From assembly GCA_005889345.1 (NCBI GenBank), contig VBFR01000183.1, positions 1,315 to 65,314 on the forward strand: a DNA stretch of 64,000 bases. The letters are read 5' to 3'. The position numbers were made by a program, and so were the translations under genes. The first letter of the stretch is position 1, and every line of letters starts with the position of its first letter. Positions 62,696 to 64,000 of this stretch are shown piece after piece. This DNA comes from Chloroflexota bacterium. Lineage in GTDB: Bacteria; Chloroflexota; Dormibacteria; CF-121. The notes beneath the pieces were generated by a model. That model was given only the letters and a program-made list of their open reading frames with translations, ran no database searches and was not told where the DNA came from.

Positions 62696-63700
62696 AGTTT
62701 GCCCGCGCCCGATGACCTCGCGTTCGACAACGCTGGCCGTCTCCTTTTCAGCGACATCAAAGCCGGAACCGTCTCGGCGCTCAAGGCCGATGGCTCCGTC
62801 GAGCGTATCGCCGGTGGGATGTCCGAACCGGAAGGAATCGTGCTACAGGACGATGGGCGCATCCTCGTCGCCGAGCAGGGCCGGAACCGGGTCATCGCCA
62901 TCGATCCCCAGACGCACGCCGTCAGCCAGTGGCACGCCTTTGCGAATCGAACCGGACGCGCCGGGATCGACGGCATTGGTCCGGTGTTGCCGAGCCTAGA
63001 TGGCTCGGGTAATTTGCTTTCGACCGGTGGCAACGTGATCGTGCCGGACAGCCCAAACGGCGTTGTGTGGCGCGTCACCGCCGACGGCAAGACCGCGACG
63101 CAGATCGCGAGCGGCATGGTGCGCCCAGTCGGGGCCGCGATTGATAAGAACGGGCGGATCTTCGTTGCCGATGAGGGCGGCGCGCTCTGGGTGCTCGATC
63201 CGGCACGGCGTCGCTTCGCGACCTTGCCAACGCCCGATGATGTCCTTGTCAGCCGGGCCGGTCATATCTTCGTCAATACGCTGGGCGACAACGCAATCCA
63301 CGAGCTCGACGCCCAGGGTCATCAAGTCAGTGTCATCACCGGAATCCAGCAGCCACAGGGCATCGCGCTCGATTACGCCGACAACCTGTACTACACCGAG
63401 TTCAACGCGGGTCGCATCGACCGCGTGGTCCGGACTTTCGTGCTCGATCCGCCGAAGGTGACGCGGACGACCCGCGGCACATTCATCATCTGTCCCGCTA
63501 TCCGTCGAGCCGCTGGATTCAATCGGCCACTCGGCCTTCTCGGCGGCTCGAGCGCAAAGACAGCGATTCTCCAGTTGCTGCAGCCGGGGACCGATTCATC
63601 AGGAGCGCTTGAAGTGCAGACGCCGGAGACCTCGATCGGCATCACGGTTAGCGATGGTGGGCTCTTGTCGCAGTCGCAGACCGTTGCACTTTCGCCCTGA
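62525..63700 (+). CDS. lipoprotein with NHL/SMP-30-like beta-propeller repeats
   Basis: Lipobox LVALLALAACQQ and repeated blades (DDGRILVAEQGRNRVIAIDP; NGRIFVADEGGALWVLDP). There is no canonical start codon in front of the signal peptide, so the start is approximate. Confidence 0.6.
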   Translation, partial: VKHHRWWFPLVALLALAACQQVPTRSPTPSATARVTPSSIAACPATPAAPGQQVLLQSLPAPDDLAFDNAGRLLFSDIKAGTVSALKADGSVERIAGGMSEPEGIVLQDDGRILVAEQGRNRVIAIDPQTHAVSQWHAFANRTGRAGIDGIGPVLPSLDGSGNLLSTGGNVIVPDSPNGVVWRVTADGKTATQIASGMVRPVGAAIDKNGRIFVADEGGALWVLDPARRRFATLPTPDDVLVSRAGHIFVNTLGDNAIHELDAQGHQVSVITGIQQPQGIALDYADNLYYTEFNAGRIDRVVRTFVLDPPKVTRTTRGTFIICPAIRRAAGFNRPLGLLGGSSAKTAILQLLQPGTDSSGALEVQTPETSIGITVSDGGLLSQSQTVALSP

Positions 63701-64000
63701 TCATTCCGTGCCCTTGATCGACGCCAGGGGCACGAGCTCGTGCTCGATCGTTGCCAGGCCCGCGCGGGTGACCGCCTCGACCACCTCGCGGGACGATTTG
63801 TAGGCGTCCTTCGATTCGTCGATGGGGACGATGCCGTCGGTGTTCACCACGATGCCCGCCTCGCGGTAGGCGGCATTCACCTCGTCCTGCTTGAGGCCCT
63901 TCCGGGCCGCATTGCGCGACATCCGGCGGCCGGATCCGTGGTTGACGCTGTAGCCGCTCAGATGCGCGTGTTCGGCCGCCCGGAGGATGAAGCTCGAGTC
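63701..64000 (-). CDS. rtcB: RNA-splicing ligase RtcB (C-terminal part; the gene continues beyond the window end)
   Basis: C-terminal MSRNAARKGL...PLASIKG matches the RtcB tail, and upstream in-frame sequence continues to the window edge. Confidence 0.7.
   Translation of the reverse strand, partial: DSSFILRAAEHAHLSGYSVNHGSGRRMSRNAARKGLKQDEVNAAYREAGIVVNTDGIVPIDESKDAYKSSREVVEAVTRAGLATIEHELVPLASIKGTE

Noticed and set aside
1-64000. CRISPR arrays, tRNA/rRNA genes, reverse transcriptases, integrases/transposases
   Set aside because: I found no regularly spaced 25-40-nt repeats, no tRNA T-arm/acceptor patterns, and no RT, integrase or transposase motifs. The only tandem repeats are short 15-bp in-frame coding repeats and the MITE-like elements reported above.

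Overview
This is a high-GC (about 68-70%) bacterial chromosomal segment, densely coding on both strands, with roughly 65 plausible protein genes and no rRNA, tRNA or CRISPR array that I can see. The gene content (a CysRS paralog resembling MshC, a PafBC-like HTH-WYL regulator, a YtfJ/GerW-like protein, a Lys/Ala-rich histone-like protein) hints at an actinobacterial or Chloroflexi-type genome, but the taxon is not certain. Many spurious long antisense ORFs in the six-frame track are the expected high-GC artefact.

Recognisable core genes are a partial standalone 5'-3' exonuclease, a PBP5-like D-Ala-D-Ala carboxypeptidase, a pyruvate/2-oxoacid dehydrogenase E1alpha-E1beta-E2 operon with a TetR regulator, QueF, NagZ, RmuC, a partial RtcB, an S8 subtilase, a LuxR/LAL regulator, an ABC family-5 substrate-binding protein, an amidase, a cysteine-desulfurase-like PLP enzyme, GNAT acetyltransferases, an SDR, a cupin and a rhodanese.

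The observations I would look at first:
1. An unannotated SelW/Rdx-type selenoprotein with an in-frame UGA inside a CxxU motif, translationally coupled to the 5'-3' exonuclease gene.
2. A membrane-anchored sulfite-oxidase-family molybdoenzyme clustered with the flavin transferase ApbE and an MsrQ/ferric-reductase-like heme membrane protein, plus a tiny signal-peptide ORF.
3. A membrane-anchored SbcCD-like pair (YhaO/YhaN type) divergent from an HTH-WYL regulator.
4. A shared 23-nt palindromic promoter motif upstream of rmuC and of a hypothetical gene.
5. A nested MITE/REP-like palindromic repeat family in three copies.
6. A GatC/AtzG-like mini-ORF coupled to an amidase, next to an uncharacterised 475-aa protein whose C-terminus carries a possible PD-(D/E)xK nuclease motif, preceded by a helix-turn-helix-like stretch (both from sequence pattern only).
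7. A trypsin-like protein with both catalytic His and Ser substituted (pseudoprotease).
8. A LuxR-HTH/TM/beta-propeller one-component regulator next to an orphan substrate-binding protein.
9. An ORF combining a Phd/YefM-like N-terminus with a LeuA C-terminal regulatory domain but no catalytic barrel.

Several genes lack a canonical start codon in front of clear signal peptides. Coordinates I derived by hand (rather than from the ORF track) may be off by a codon or so.
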